NCBI GenBank assembly: GCA_965224465.1
Contig: OZ245049.1
Location: forward strand, 3,720,001-3,752,000
Source: Flavobacteriaceae bacterium
GTDB lineage: Bacteria; Bacteroidota; Bacteroidia; Flavobacteriales; Flavobacteriaceae
Direction: 5' to 3'
DNA length: 32,000 nucleotides
Part shown: positions 1 through 8,969 of the stretch, piece after piece
Position numbering within the stretch: position 1 is the stretch's first letter
How the letters are laid out: each line of letters begins with the position of its first letter
Notes under the pieces: generated by a model
The model's database searches: none
The model's input: only the letters and a program-made list of their open reading frames with translations
What the model was told of the DNA's origin: nothing
Made by a program: the position numbers and the translations under genes

Positions 1-891
1 GGAGACGCTGATCCTAAAAAAGACCTTATAACAAGATATAAAATACCAGATTACGAACCATTATCTCAAGATAAGTTGTGTATTATCTATATGAAACATT
101 ACGGAAAAGGGCTAATAGAGTTACTTGCTGAAGGGCAAATAGAAAAAGCTATTAGAACAAAAGCGAGTAAAATTTGGGCTAGTTTACCTAATGAAGGTAT
201 ACCTTTCGAACATAAAAAAAGTAGATACCTAATGCCAGATGGTCTTAGGTATCAACCAGCAGAACATATGAGTGATAGCTGTTTGATGAATTACCGTAAG
301 TTTTATAGAGAAGAAGTAAAAGGCATAACTGACTTATATTTACAACCAGGTTTTTTAAAAGAGTTTGGTTTTAATTGTTGTAAAGATGATGATACTTTAT
401 CTAATAATGAGGGTGGGTGGCCTGTTAGGAAATCTCATAATGGTCATAAAAGAAGATTTGGAAGTCCTTTTGGACCTAGAAATGGAGGTCAACATCGTGG
501 AATTGATATGAATTTTGGTTCTGGATATGATGATTATGGTGCGCCTGTAATAGCTACACATGATGGCGTTGTGAGAAAAGCACAAGAAAATGATGATAAA
601 ACTGAAGGAGCAGGAAGAAGAGTAACGATACAGTCTGAAGATGGGACTTTTCAAACAAAATATTTTCATTTAAGTGTTTTTTTAGTAGATATAGGAGATA
701 AAGTAAAAAAGGGACAAATTATTGGTGAAATAGGCTCTTCTGCTTTTGCTAAAGAAAATGGAACTGATTGTCACTTGCATTATGAAATACATAAAAAAAA
801 TTCAGCAGGAAAAATGGAGCATTATAATCCTACCGAAGGGAAAGCTAACACAGGAGAAAACATAGTAGATCCACAAACTTGGATTAAATAA
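1..891 (+). CDS. 5'-truncated (window edge) T6SS cell-wall effector C-terminus: lambda-R-like (GH104) lytic transglycosylase C-terminal half fused to an M23 (LytM-type) metallopeptidase
   Basis: Frame 1 is open from nt 1 (GDADPKKDLITRYKIPDYEPLSQDK...) into the listed ORF, so the CDS starts upstream of the window. ...GQIEKAIRTKASKIWASLPNEG..FEHK resembles the C-terminal ...IRQAIDRCSNIWASLPGAGYGQFEHK of phage lambda lysozyme R. HRGIDMN (HxxxD) and CHLHYEIH (HxH) are the M23 zinc-ligand motifs. Confidence 0.75.
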   Translation, partial: GDADPKKDLITRYKIPDYEPLSQDKLCIIYMKHYGKGLIELLAEGQIEKAIRTKASKIWASLPNEGIPFEHKKSRYLMPDGLRYQPAEHMSDSCLMNYRKFYREEVKGITDLYLQPGFLKEFGFNCCKDDDTLSNNEGGWPVRKSHNGHKRRFGSPFGPRNGGQHRGIDMNFGSGYDDYGAPVIATHDGVVRKAQENDDKTEGAGRRVTIQSEDGTFQTKYFHLSVFLVDIGDKVKKGQIIGEIGSSAFAKENGTDCHLHYEIHKKNSAGKMEHYNPTEGKANTGENIVDPQTWIK

Positions 892-920
892 AAACAATAA
901 TAAAATCTAAATTAAAAATC

Positions 921-1847
921 ATGTCTATTTTTATAAATCGAACTATTATAATTTGCACAATTATATGTTTATTTTCTTGTAAAATTAATGAGAAAGAAAA
1001 AAATGAAGGTGTCAAAATTCAATCAGATTTACAAACATCTTCTAAAGTTACTTCAGAAAAAAAAACTAATACAGAATTTGTAACATACCTGTATTCAAAG
1101 AGAAAGTCGGATGGGGAAGGTGAAGAACACACAATGCAAGAATTAAAAATACAATGGAATGATAGTCTTAATATAAAATTTAAGATAGTCATGAAAAACC
1201 TGATGTGTGAAATGAAAGATAAAGGAGAAGCTTCACTAATAGGAAAAAACACTTATCAAGTAAAAAATAATTCAGTTATAAAACAATTAAAATTTGATAA
1301 TAATAAGAATGAAGTAGAGTTAGTTTGTAGCTATGGTAAGTATCAAGGTGAATGTGATCCTATGCAGCAATTGTTAATGACAACAACTTCTTTTACTGGT
1401 AAAAGTGAGTTGAGAAAAGATTTTTTGGAAAAGGAAGAAGCTATTACATATGAAACTATTTATGAGCTTAAAAAGAGGAAGTTTTCAACAGATTGTTCAA
1501 GTGATGATTATGTTTTCTTTTTAGTTGCTGGACAGTTTATAACAAAAAATATTTTTTTTAATTCACGACTTAAAAAAATTAATGAGACAGAGTATTATAT
1601 TTATTTTTCGCCACCATTATTAGCCCCTGTACCAAGTAGTTTAAATGATGCCGCTTCTTTTTCTTTGAGTAAACCAATAGGTAAGATTGTTAATAATACA
1701 GAAGGTCAAATACAGTTTGAATGGTATGGTTTTTATAATAGAAAAACAAAAAAAAGAGAGTTTAAGCAAAACCCTTTTACAAATAAAATAGAGAATGGTT
1801 CTATTGTTTTAAAATGGTGTGATATAGGTAATGTCGATGGTTTTTAA
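921..1847 (+). CDS. lipoprotein, putative immunity protein for the upstream GH104/M23 effector
   Basis: 308-aa ORF starting 30 nt after the effector stop. Hydrophobic N-terminus followed by Cys (IICTIICLFSCKIN) looks like a lipoprotein signal. The C-terminal motif FEWYGFYNRKTKKREFKQNPF...IVLKWCD is shared with ORF 24596..25411. The immunity role is inferred from position only. Confidence 0.55.
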   Translation: MSIFINRTIIICTIICLFSCKINEKEKNEGVKIQSDLQTSSKVTSEKKTNTEFVTYLYSKRKSDGEGEEHTMQELKIQWNDSLNIKFKIVMKNLMCEMKDKGEASLIGKNTYQVKNNSVIKQLKFDNNKNEVELVCSYGKYQGECDPMQQLLMTTTSFTGKSELRKDFLEKEEAITYETIYELKKRKFSTDCSSDDYVFFLVAGQFITKNIFFNSRLKKINETEYYIYFSPPLLAPVPSSLNDAASFSLSKPIGKIVNNTEGQIQFEWYGFYNRKTKKREFKQNPFTNKIENGSIVLKWCDIGNVDGF

Positions 1848-1933
1848 TCCCCGATCCCGCCAGTTCAATGTTATTAAGTTAAGAATTTAATCATTTAAAA
1901 ATTAGTATTTTAAATTTACTTTAATCAAGTATA

Positions 1934-2470
1934 CAGAAATAGCACAAAAACTATCTCGTTTGGTATGTAAGCACAAAAATGAATGGTCTTATACTATGGA
2001 CGAAATAAAACCAGAAGTAAAAGAACGCTGTGATTTTGGTATACAATTAGAAGAAGTTACAGCCGAAAAACAAAAACTAGAAACCGAAAGGGATGATAGT
2101 TTAGCCAAAATGGAAACCAAAATAGAAAATTTAATGTGGTGGGATGAGGCAAGTAAAAAAACCTACACACCACCAGTAAAAGAAGAAGATAAAACAAAAA
2201 CGAGTAGCACCAAAAGACCTTCTATGTTGCCAGAAGGTACAGTGGTAGAAGAAATACCACAAAAAGATGTTGTACCTTTAGACAATAAAACAACAGCAGC
2301 TAAACCAGATGCTAAACCACCGGAAGATAGTATACCAACGACAAGTACAACCGATGCTCCAGCACCAGAAACTAAAGTAGAAGAAAAAGAAGTGCCACCA
2401 GAACGTATGTTTCCTAAAAGCAATATAGTACATCATTTTCATCCAATTGCTTGGGTGGAGCAGATGAAAC
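1934..2470 (+). repeat. copy of the conserved effector pre-toxin module (near-identical to 20756..21304)
   Basis: Direct alignment by eye: CAGAAATAGCACAAAAACTATCTCGTTTGGTATGTAAGCAC... through ...GCTTGGGTGGAGCAGATGAAAC matches 20756..21304, with a few substitutions and one 12-bp indel. Similarity stops abruptly on both sides. Confidence 0.9.
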
Positions 2471-3885
2471 GAATGTATGGAGATTGTAAAGTTTTGAAAA
2501 AAGGAGATAAAAACGAATTAGTTAGAGAAATAAATATCCGTTTAGCAGGTTTTGGAGGAAATGTACCAACTGACGAGTTTACACAACGTACAGTAGATAT
2601 GGTTAAACAATTTCAAAAAGACTATATGAAAGTGGAGCAAACGGGTGTGGTATGTGGTAAAATGTTTAAAGCTATTGATGAGTTTAGTGAGAAGTATGAT
2701 ATATCAAAGACTATTTGGGGTCAATTAGACTGTAGTTGTACAGGAAAAGGCACAAATAAATACAATAAACTAAACGGTAAAAAAGAATTAAATAATTGTA
2801 GTGGTTGGGGAGATAAATCTGGAAAAAGTACGTATAAATCAATAACACATTCAGAAGCAATGCATAAGTATGAATACCCTGGTATTCATAGATCTATATT
2901 ATTTGCCCTAAAAACTATATTATTTTATTTAGATAGTAATAATAATTATTCTTTTGCTCATATTAGTTCTGGCTATAGATGTAGATTTAAAGGATATACA
3001 ACCACTAATCATCAAGGGAAGGCAATTGATATTCAATTTAACAAAGGGGATTGGGAAATAAGGGGACAAGTACATAAGAATATAGCTCCTCTTAAGGATA
3101 TAAAAAATAAAATTTTTAATAAACTTAATGCTAAAACAAGCTGGACTGATAAAAATCAATATAGCTTAGAACCAATTGGCTTAAATGCAGATAATACAAA
3201 AATAAATGGTGGACATACGCATAGTTGGATACATATGGATGTGAGAAAATTTGATGCAGTTTATTTAAAAGACACTTACTTTTGTAAAGATAAATTAACA
3301 TTAAATGGAGAAAGTATTGTTCAACTAGCAATAAATAATAAATACAATGTTGATTGTAATTGTTCTGAATATACCATAACACAAGACTCAAGTGATAGTA
3401 ATGAAGAGAGAGTTGACCCTAAAACTCTAAATGCAAGTGATGATTTAATTAAATTTATTAAAGATTGGGAAAAATTGGAAACAGAAGCATACAATGATTC
3501 TAAAGATTATTGTACAATAGGTTATGGGCATTTGATTAAGAAGAAAAAATGTGAAACTATTACTCTATCTGATGAATTTAAAAATGGAATTGGCGAAGCA
3601 AAAGCAACCGAATTATTTAAAGAAGACTTAAAAGAATTTGAAAAGGCTGTACAGAGATATGTTACAGTTAAATTATATCAAAGAGAATTTGATGCTCTTG
3701 TTGATTTACTATTCAATACAGGAGCTTATTTTTTAAAGAATAATAAAGCTCCAAAGTTATATAAAAATTTACTTGATGAAAAATATGAAGATGCTGCTAA
3801 AGAATTTTTAGATATAGAAAACAAAAAAAGGAGAGAACAAAATTATGAAATATTTATCAATGGAAATTATGACTCGACACATTAA
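1960..3885 (+). CDS. orphan effector module (lacks the ~345-aa N-terminal region of the full-length paralog): pre-toxin module + PG_binding_1-like domain + M15A-type zinc peptidase + GH24 (T4-type) lysozyme
   Basis: The ORF opens at a TTG that is an internal Leu codon in the paralog 19717..22551 ([10 protein letters not shown]); the first in-frame ATG is at 1996. [22 protein letters not shown]...[12 protein letters not shown] resembles a peptidoglycan-binding repeat. SGYRCRF...NHQGKAIDI (H-x6-D) ...SWIHMDVR matches the M15 zinc-ligand pattern. [28 protein letters not shown] is the T4-lysozyme-type E...D...T(I)GYGH motif. Confidence 0.75.
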   Translation: MVCKHKNEWSYTMDEIKPEVKERCDFGIQLEEVTAEKQKLETERDDSLAKMETKIENLMWWDEASKKTYTPPVKEEDKTKTSSTKRPSMLPEGTVVEEIPQKDVVPLDNKTTAAKPDAKPPEDSIPTTSTTDAPAPETKVEEKEVPPERMFPKSNIVHHFHPIAWVEQMKRMYGDCKVLKKGDKNELVREINIRLAGFGGNVPTDEFTQRTVDMVKQFQKDYMKVEQTGVVCGKMFKAIDEFSEKYDISKTIWGQLDCSCTGKGTNKYNKLNGKKELNNCSGWGDKSGKSTYKSITHSEAMHKYEYPGIHRSILFALKTILFYLDSNNNYSFAHISSGYRCRFKGYTTTNHQGKAIDIQFNKGDWEIRGQVHKNIAPLKDIKNKIFNKLNAKTSWTDKNQYSLEPIGLNADNTKINGGHTHSWIHMDVRKFDAVYLKDTYFCKDKLTLNGESIVQLAINNKYNVDCNCSEYTITQDSSDSNEERVDPKTLNASDDLIKFIKDWEKLETEAYNDSKDYCTIGYGHLIKKKKCETITLSDEFKNGIGEAKATELFKEDLKEFEKAVQRYVTVKLYQREFDALVDLLFNTGAYFLKNNKAPKLYKNLLDEKYEDAAKEFLDIENKKRREQNYEIFINGNYDSTH

Positions 3886-4759
3886 AACAAATCTACTTAT
3901 AATTATTATAATTATATTTTTTCATTCTTGTAAAAAACAAGACAAAAAAACACTATCAAATAGTGTAATTAATGAAATTGAAAATATTAGTATATGGAAT
4001 TACTCATCTAAAAATATAAATGACACATATTCACAAATTCAAATTCAAATATCTAAGGATAGTTTAAAAGTGTATAATATCAATTCAAAAGAATATATAT
4101 GTAAAGGAGAAATAATTAAAAGCGATAGAACATTTGAAAATGATATAAAAACTCAATTAGAAAACAAGCTTTTACTAAAATTAAATGATAATATTGAAGT
4201 AATAGAAAACTCAGAATCTTCAATATCTAAAAAAGGCTGTCAATTCCCTTTTTATGAATTGTTTATATCTAATAATGCTTTATTTTTTTTTGATAAAGAA
4301 TACTATTATTTCACTCAAAAAAAAGAAAGAGTTTCGCAAAAAACCAACTCTAAATTCCCGATAACAAGTGAAAATTTATTAAAAGAAAAAATAAAAACAA
4401 CAAACCATACAAAAGGGTTTGAAAATTATACCTGTGGAGAAGAAATATTAGAATATTATCAAATAGATAGTAAAAAGTGGGTTATTGCTAGTAGTTGTTA
4501 TGATTTTGAATATAAAGATTTAGTAATAATAGATAAGAATAAAAAAATTATTTCTAAATTATTAATTGAAAGAGAAAGTTGGGATATCGAAAAAAAAGAG
4601 CTTGAAGATATTGATGATAAAGAGACTGTAAATTTTGTAATAGAAAAGGATAATAAAATAAAAATTACAACAAGACATTTTCTTAATAAAAAATTATTAT
4701 CTACAATAATTAAAACCTACAAAATAACAGCCCAAGGGAAAATAGAAGAAATAAAATAA
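3869..4759 (+). CDS. lipoprotein, putative immunity protein of the upstream lysozyme-containing module
   Basis: The ORF track starts at 3845. I prefer ATG 3869 ([24 protein letters not shown]) because it parallels MIRHTKRRYLIIVVLFISFISCKKE of 26072..26878. It also gives the same 17-nt overlap with the ...YDSTH* end of the lysozyme gene. Has a lipobox-like Cys. Confidence 0.6.
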   Translation: MTRHIKTNLLIIIIIIFFHSCKKQDKKTLSNSVINEIENISIWNYSSKNINDTYSQIQIQISKDSLKVYNINSKEYICKGEIIKSDRTFENDIKTQLENKLLLKLNDNIEVIENSESSISKKGCQFPFYELFISNNALFFFDKEYYYFTQKKERVSQKTNSKFPITSENLLKEKIKTTNHTKGFENYTCGEEILEYYQIDSKKWVIASSCYDFEYKDLVIIDKNKKIISKLLIERESWDIEKKELEDIDDKETVNFVIEKDNKIKITTRHFLNKKLLSTIIKTYKITAQGKIEEIK

Positions 4760-4820
4760 CATTTATGATTCGACACACTAAGCGAAGGTATCTTATAATA
4801 GTTGTATTATTTATTTCCTT
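4760..4820 (+). other. recombination scar: last ~20 nt of a lysozyme toxin gene plus the first ~50 nt of its immunity gene (matches 26067..26127), cut off by IS30
   Basis: CATTTATGATTCGACACACTAAGCGAAGGTATCTTATAATAGTTGTATTATTTATTTC is essentially identical to the sequence around 26067-26125. Similarity ends where the IS30 inverted repeat begins. Confidence 0.85.
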
Positions 4821-5940
4821 AAATTCAACTAATAAACGCAACTTTTCGATTTGATTCTATGATGGTTATATTTTCAAAACAGAAAAGTAGGAAAACCTAC
4901 CTTTCTTGTCTTGATGGATATGTATCTTACGGTCTCAAATCTCGAAAAAAGAAGTTGTATGAAACACATCACCCAAGCACAAAGATACACAATTTGCTGC
5001 ATGTTAAAACAAGGTTATAAACAGGTTGAGATAGCAGCTGCTATAGGAAAAGACAAGTCTGTTATTAGCAAAGAGATTAAGCGTAATTCAGACAAAAGAA
5101 ATGGAGTTTACAAGCATGAATTAGTCCAAAAAAAGTATGCTAAACGTCATAAAGAAAAGCCTAAAAGAAAACGCTTTACAGAAGATATTCAACAAGCAAT
5201 AGAGTTGTTATTGCGAGACGATTATAGTCCTGAGCAAGTAGTTGGTATCCTAAAAAAACAAGGTAAAGAAACGGTGTCTATTGAGCGTATATATCAGCAT
5301 ATTAGGAAAGACAAGAGGAGTGATGGTGATTTACATACACACCTTCGCAGACAGGGAAGGAGATATAGAAAACGTGGCTCATCAAAGGGTTCTAGAGGGG
5401 TTATAAAGAATCGCATTAGTATAGAACAACGACCTGAAGTTGTTGAACAAAGAAATCGATTTGGAGATTTAGAGGTCGATTTAATCATAGGTAAAAACCA
5501 TAATCAAGCCATACTTACCGTAAATGATAGAGCTTCTGGAATGCTTAAAATGAAAAAAGTAAGCTCTAAAGAAGCAGTTGTTGTCACCAAAGCTATCAAT
5601 GAAATATTAGAAGACTGGAAGCCTTATCTACATACTATAACAGCTGATAATGGAAAAGAATTTGCAGGCCATGAGCAGGTTGCAGAAAATTTATGTATTG
5701 ATTACTTTTTTGCGCATCCATATCACTCTTGGGAAAGAGGATCTAACGAAAATTTAAATGGTTTGATTAGACAATATTTTGCCAAAGGAAGTGACTTTAC
5801 AAACCTAACAGATCAAAGAATCAAAGAGGTAGAAACAAAATTAAATAACAGACCTAGGAAGAGACATAAATATCAAAACCCTATATTTGTAATGGAACAA
5901 TTATTATTTAACTAAAAGTTGCGTTTGTGACTTGAATTCA
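4820..5940 (+). mobile_element. IS30-family insertion sequence (complete, ~1.12 kb)
   Basis: Imperfect ~26-bp terminal inverted repeats: AAATTCAACTAATAAACGCAACTTTT at 4821-4846, and AAAAGTTGCGTTTGTGACTTGAATTC at 5914-5939 (22/26 match by eye). They flank a single IS30-type transposase ORF. Confidence 0.85.
4959..5915 (+). CDS. IS30-family DDE transposase
   Basis: [26 protein letters not shown] (HTH), ...[22 protein letters not shown]..., ...ITADNGKEF..., ...[25 protein letters not shown]-like are hallmarks of IS30 transposases. Start chosen at the MKH... ATG rather than the upstream alternative at 4911. Confidence 0.9.
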   Translation: [318 protein letters not shown]

Positions 5941-6264
5941 GCTTATGTCTTTTAAAGCAAAATTAAAAGTAGGTGGACAAGAGTACAATGTATTGTCTTG
6001 TTCTTATGAATTACATCAAGAAACTGATGCAACTGGAAGACCATCTTCTATCACTAGAGGTGGGAAAATTAGATTAACGGTTGAGTCTACAGCAGACACA
6101 AGTTTGTCTGATTGGATGTTTAATAACTTTGAGCGTAGAGACGGTTCTATTGTTTTCTTAAAAAGAGATACCGAAGCTACTGCAAAGGAATTAAAGTTTT
6201 CTGAAGGTTATATGGTGAAATATCGTATCCGTCCGACGAAGTACGTATAGGAATTAAAAATACA

Positions 6265-6297
6265 TAAAAAAACCTCGATTTATTGATCGAGGTTTAA
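6265..6297 (-). terminator. hairpin plus T-run at the end of tnpC (inside the IS66 end); copies at ~27100-27125 and ~27835-27860
   Basis: On the minus strand: AAACCTCGATCAATAAATCGAGGTTTTTTTATG. This is a 7-8 bp stem (CCTCGAT/ATCGAGG) overlapping the stop codon, followed by T7. Confidence 0.5.
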
Positions 6298-7965
6298 ATT
6301 TTGTGGAAATAGCTCACTTAATTTTTGAGCATTGTAATCAGGGATTATATCCAGTATTTTTTTCATCCATTTATAGGGGTTTACTTGGTGTTTTTTACAA
6401 GTCCCAAAAAAGGAATAGAACATCGCTGCATTTTTTGCAGCATCATGGCTACCTGCAAATAAATAATTTTTACGTCCAATAGCTAATGTTCTGATAGATC
6501 CTTCTACTAGGTTATTATCTAGTTCTAAAGTACCGTCATACAGGTAGGCTTTTAAGTAGTCCCATCGTTTTAATGTATAAGTAATTGCTTTTCCTAGTGG
6601 ACTTTTCGGTAAGCTTCCTTGGGTGTTATGGATCAACCATTTTATAAATGTATCCATTATTGGTTGTGCTTTATCTAGGCGATAAGCATGCCGTTGCTCA
6701 GGAGTAAATTCCTGTTTTTTACAATGTCGCTCAATGGCATATAATTGTTGAATGAGTACCATCGCATGACTCGCTTTTACTTTGTCATAGTCTAGTGCTT
6801 TCTCAAAATAACGACGTGCATGTGCCATACACCCTACTAAAGTGACATCTTTTTTATGTGCAAATTCATCATATACAGCGTAGCCATCTGTTTGTAAATA
6901 CCCTTTAAAGTTTTTAAGCATTTCTCTAGGTCCATGTTTAGATCTAGAGGGACGATAATCAAACAATACCATTTTTTGTATGGGTGAATAGTACACCCAA
7001 TGATATCCAGTATGAGTTTTTCCTTTTTTCTGTTTGTCTAGCACTGGAATAGTTGATTCATCGGCCTGTACATATCCTTGTGACAGCACCGTGTTTTTCA
7101 TAGCCTGATACAGCGGCTTAAGTAAGTGTCCTAAGCTGTTTTGCCATCCATTTATTGTAGATGAACTTATAGAGATTCCTTCTCGTTTAAAACGTTCTAT
7201 CTGTCGATAATACGGTAAGTGATCTAAGAATTTATCAATCAATAGCTGTGCTAGCAGGCTGTTTGATGCTACAGATTTTTCAATAGCAAAACTTGGTAAA
7301 TCAGCCATAATAACGGTCTTAATACCTAAAGGGTTTCCATTGTCAATCAATGTGTCTTGTACTTTCTTTTTTAAGGCGTATTTTGGTCTGACATATCGTT
7401 TTATGTATAGCTTTGTGGGTACAAGTTCTAATTTATCTGTAATTTCTTCACCTATTTTTATTCGGTTCTCTATAGTCTCTTTAGGCTCTAAATTAATAAT
7501 TTCAACAGGTAAATGACTGGGGAGATTTAAACTTCCAATCGTTCTTTTTTTAGCCTTTTTACGTTGATATGTAATGTTTACAGGAGCTTCTTCTTCCTGG
7601 GGCATCTCTTTTAAAACTTCGAAAGGGAGTTGCATTTGAAAAGGGTTATTAGCCATTATAAAACGCTCACGTTTTGTCCCAAAAATCATACGACGTAATT
7701 GCTCTAATTGAAATTGTCCATATCCGTATTTTGTCTCTAATTCTTTATATTGAGCTTCTAGGATAGCCTTTTGTAAAGTAACGTCTTTTGTCTTTATAGT
7801 AAGTAACTCATTCTTTGCGCTAAGAGAACTTGTCTTTGTATTAAGTAACTCATTCTTTGAGCTAAGAGAATTTGTCTTTTTGATAAGTAAATCTGACTTA
7901 GAATTAGCCTCCTGTAATAGGGCTATAAGTGCTTTTTTTGATAGCTGTTCTAAGTCTTTTTCCAT
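6280..7965 (-). CDS. tnpC: IS66-family transposase TnpC
   Basis: 561 aa. N-terminal coiled-coil/leucine-zipper-like region, ...CMAHARRYFEKAL..., ...NNLVEGSIRTLAIGRKNYLFAGSH... are typical of IS66 TnpC. Confidence 0.9.
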   Translation of the reverse strand: MEKDLEQLSKKALIALLQEANSKSDLLIKKTNSLSSKNELLNTKTSSLSAKNELLTIKTKDVTLQKAILEAQYKELETKYGYGQFQLEQLRRMIFGTKRERFIMANNPFQMQLPFEVLKEMPQEEEAPVNITYQRKKAKKRTIGSLNLPSHLPVEIINLEPKETIENRIKIGEEITDKLELVPTKLYIKRYVRPKYALKKKVQDTLIDNGNPLGIKTVIMADLPSFAIEKSVASNSLLAQLLIDKFLDHLPYYRQIERFKREGISISSSTINGWQNSLGHLLKPLYQAMKNTVLSQGYVQADESTIPVLDKQKKGKTHTGYHWVYYSPIQKMVLFDYRPSRSKHGPREMLKNFKGYLQTDGYAVYDEFAHKKDVTLVGCMAHARRYFEKALDYDKVKASHAMVLIQQLYAIERHCKKQEFTPEQRHAYRLDKAQPIMDTFIKWLIHNTQGSLPKSPLGKAITYTLKRWDYLKAYLYDGTLELDNNLVEGSIRTLAIGRKNYLFAGSHDAAKNAAMFYSFFGTCKKHQVNPYKWMKKILDIIPDYNAQKLSELFPQNLNLDQ

Positions 7966-8033
7966 ACATTAAAAATACGAAAAATATACATGAACAGCCT
8001 GGTTTTATTAGGTTTTTTACCTGTAAAAAGACA

Positions 8034-8375
8034 TTAATAACGTTTCCTTTGTTGGATGTTTTTTATAGACAGTCCATCAAGAAGCATCACCATTTGGCTG
8101 TATTTCATTTGTATACTTCCTTTCAGATTATCATACACCGGAAGTTCAAAAGTACCTCGTTCCAATCGTTTATAATACAGTACAAATCCACCTGCTTGCC
8201 AATGCAATAGTTTTATTTTGTTTCGAGGTTTATTTATGAAGATAAAAACAGCTCCATTACTAGGATCCTCTTCTAAATTATTACGGATAACACCTGACAA
8301 ACCATTAAATCCTTTACGCATATCTGTGGGTTCTAGGTACAGATGAAAATCAAGTTCACTTGAAAGATTTAGCAT
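8034..8375 (-). CDS. tnpB: IS66 Orf2-like protein TnpB
   Basis: 113 aa. TDMRKGFNGLSGVI...KLLHW...GFVLYYKRLERGTF matches the IS66 orf2 family pattern. Lies directly upstream of tnpC. Confidence 0.85.
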   Translation of the reverse strand: MLNLSSELDFHLYLEPTDMRKGFNGLSGVIRNNLEEDPSNGAVFIFINKPRNKIKLLHWQAGGFVLYYKRLERGTFELPVYDNLKGSIQMKYSQMVMLLDGLSIKNIQQRKRY

Positions 8376-8376
8376 A

Positions 8377-8685
8377 TTACAAATGAATTAAATTTTGTAA
8401 ATCGATAAGTGTAATCTCTTTGTTAATGACCAAATTTACACCTGTTGGATACTCGATTTTAAAACTATCTAAAATAGAATTTCTGCTGTTTTCAATAGGA
8501 GCATCAATAAGTTCAACCTTTGAAAATCCACTGGCATTTTTGGAGGTCAATTTCTTATTCCAGTACCTAAATTTACAAAGTGTAATTTTATGACTTTTAC
8601 AATAATCTTCCAAGGTTAAATCACTCAACTTCCAATCGGAAACAACAGCTGTCATATAGGCTCGTTTTTCTTCGTTTTTTCTCAT
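8377..8685 (-). CDS. tnpA: IS66 Orf1-like protein TnpA
   Basis: 102-aa ORF abutting tnpB (stop/start 1 nt apart) in the first position of the IS66 operon. Assigned mainly by position and size. Confidence 0.7.
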   Translation of the reverse strand: MRKNEEKRAYMTAVVSDWKLSDLTLEDYCKSHKITLCKFRYWNKKLTSKNASGFSKVELIDAPIENSRNSILDSFKIEYPTGVNLVINKEITLIDLQNLIHL

Positions 8686-8896
8686 GCGTCAAAAATAGAA
8701 GCTATTTTTCCACTAAAAAATATGGGGATGGTCGGACGGATACGAAATATCTAGAGAATTTTGATTCTACAGGTAAAGATCCAATGTCAGAGTCATTTAT
8801 CATTTCAGCAAAATCTGTTGCAATGGGGAATGGTGAACATGTAAATGATTGGGTGTAATACCGTTTTAACTATAGTATAACATATCTATGGAAATG

Positions 8897-8928
8897 AAAA
8901 GGAAGTGTTATATGACACTTCCTTTTTT
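8897..8928 (+). terminator. rho-independent terminator after hcp1 (locus 1)
   Basis: AAAAGGAAGTGTtatatgACACTTCCTTTTTTGCG: ~10-bp perfect stem followed by a T-run, 40 nt after the hcp1 stop. Confidence 0.75.
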
Positions 8929-8969
8929 GCGTTTAATTTAATTAGTTTAACAAAAATAAATACTATAAA

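Larger units (their letters stand above)
6225..8743 (-). mobile_element. IS66-family insertion sequence (complete, 2519 bp) with 8-bp target-site duplication
   Basis: Perfect 13-bp terminal inverted repeats: GTATCCGTCCGAC (6225-6237) and GTCGGACGGATAC (8731-8743). Has the three-ORF tnpA-tnpB-tnpC organisation on the minus strand. Flanked by the GAATATC-type 8-bp TSD GAAATATC. Confidence 0.95.
5945..8858 (+). pseudogene. hcp: hcp/tssD (type-1 paralog) disrupted by an IS66 insertion; 5' part 5945..6224, 3' part 8744..8858
   Basis: Residues 1-93 are identical to the intact copy 28591..28977 up to ...EGYMVKY. The remainder (LENFDSTGK(D/N)PMSESFIISAKSVAMGNGEHVNDWV*) resumes at 8744 after the IS. 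The 8-bp duplication GAAATATC (6217-6224 and 8744-8751) occurs once in the intact copy. Confidence 0.95.

Noticed and set aside
4911-4958. Upstream alternative start for the IS30 transposase (MMDMYLTVSNLEKRSC...)
   Set aside because: IS30 transposases typically begin with the HTH segment MKH(L/I)T..QR. The extension starts close to the IS inverted repeat and adds a non-conserved peptide.
5945-6250. 101-aa ORF listed as a possible small Hcp-like gene
   Set aside because: It is the 5' part of hcp1 reading into the IS66 inverted repeat (tail ...RIRPTKYV*). Annotated as part of a pseudogene instead.
7929-8210. 93-aa plus-strand ORF spanning the tnpB/tnpC junction of IS66
   Set aside because: It is antisense to two well-supported IS66 genes and has no recognisable features.
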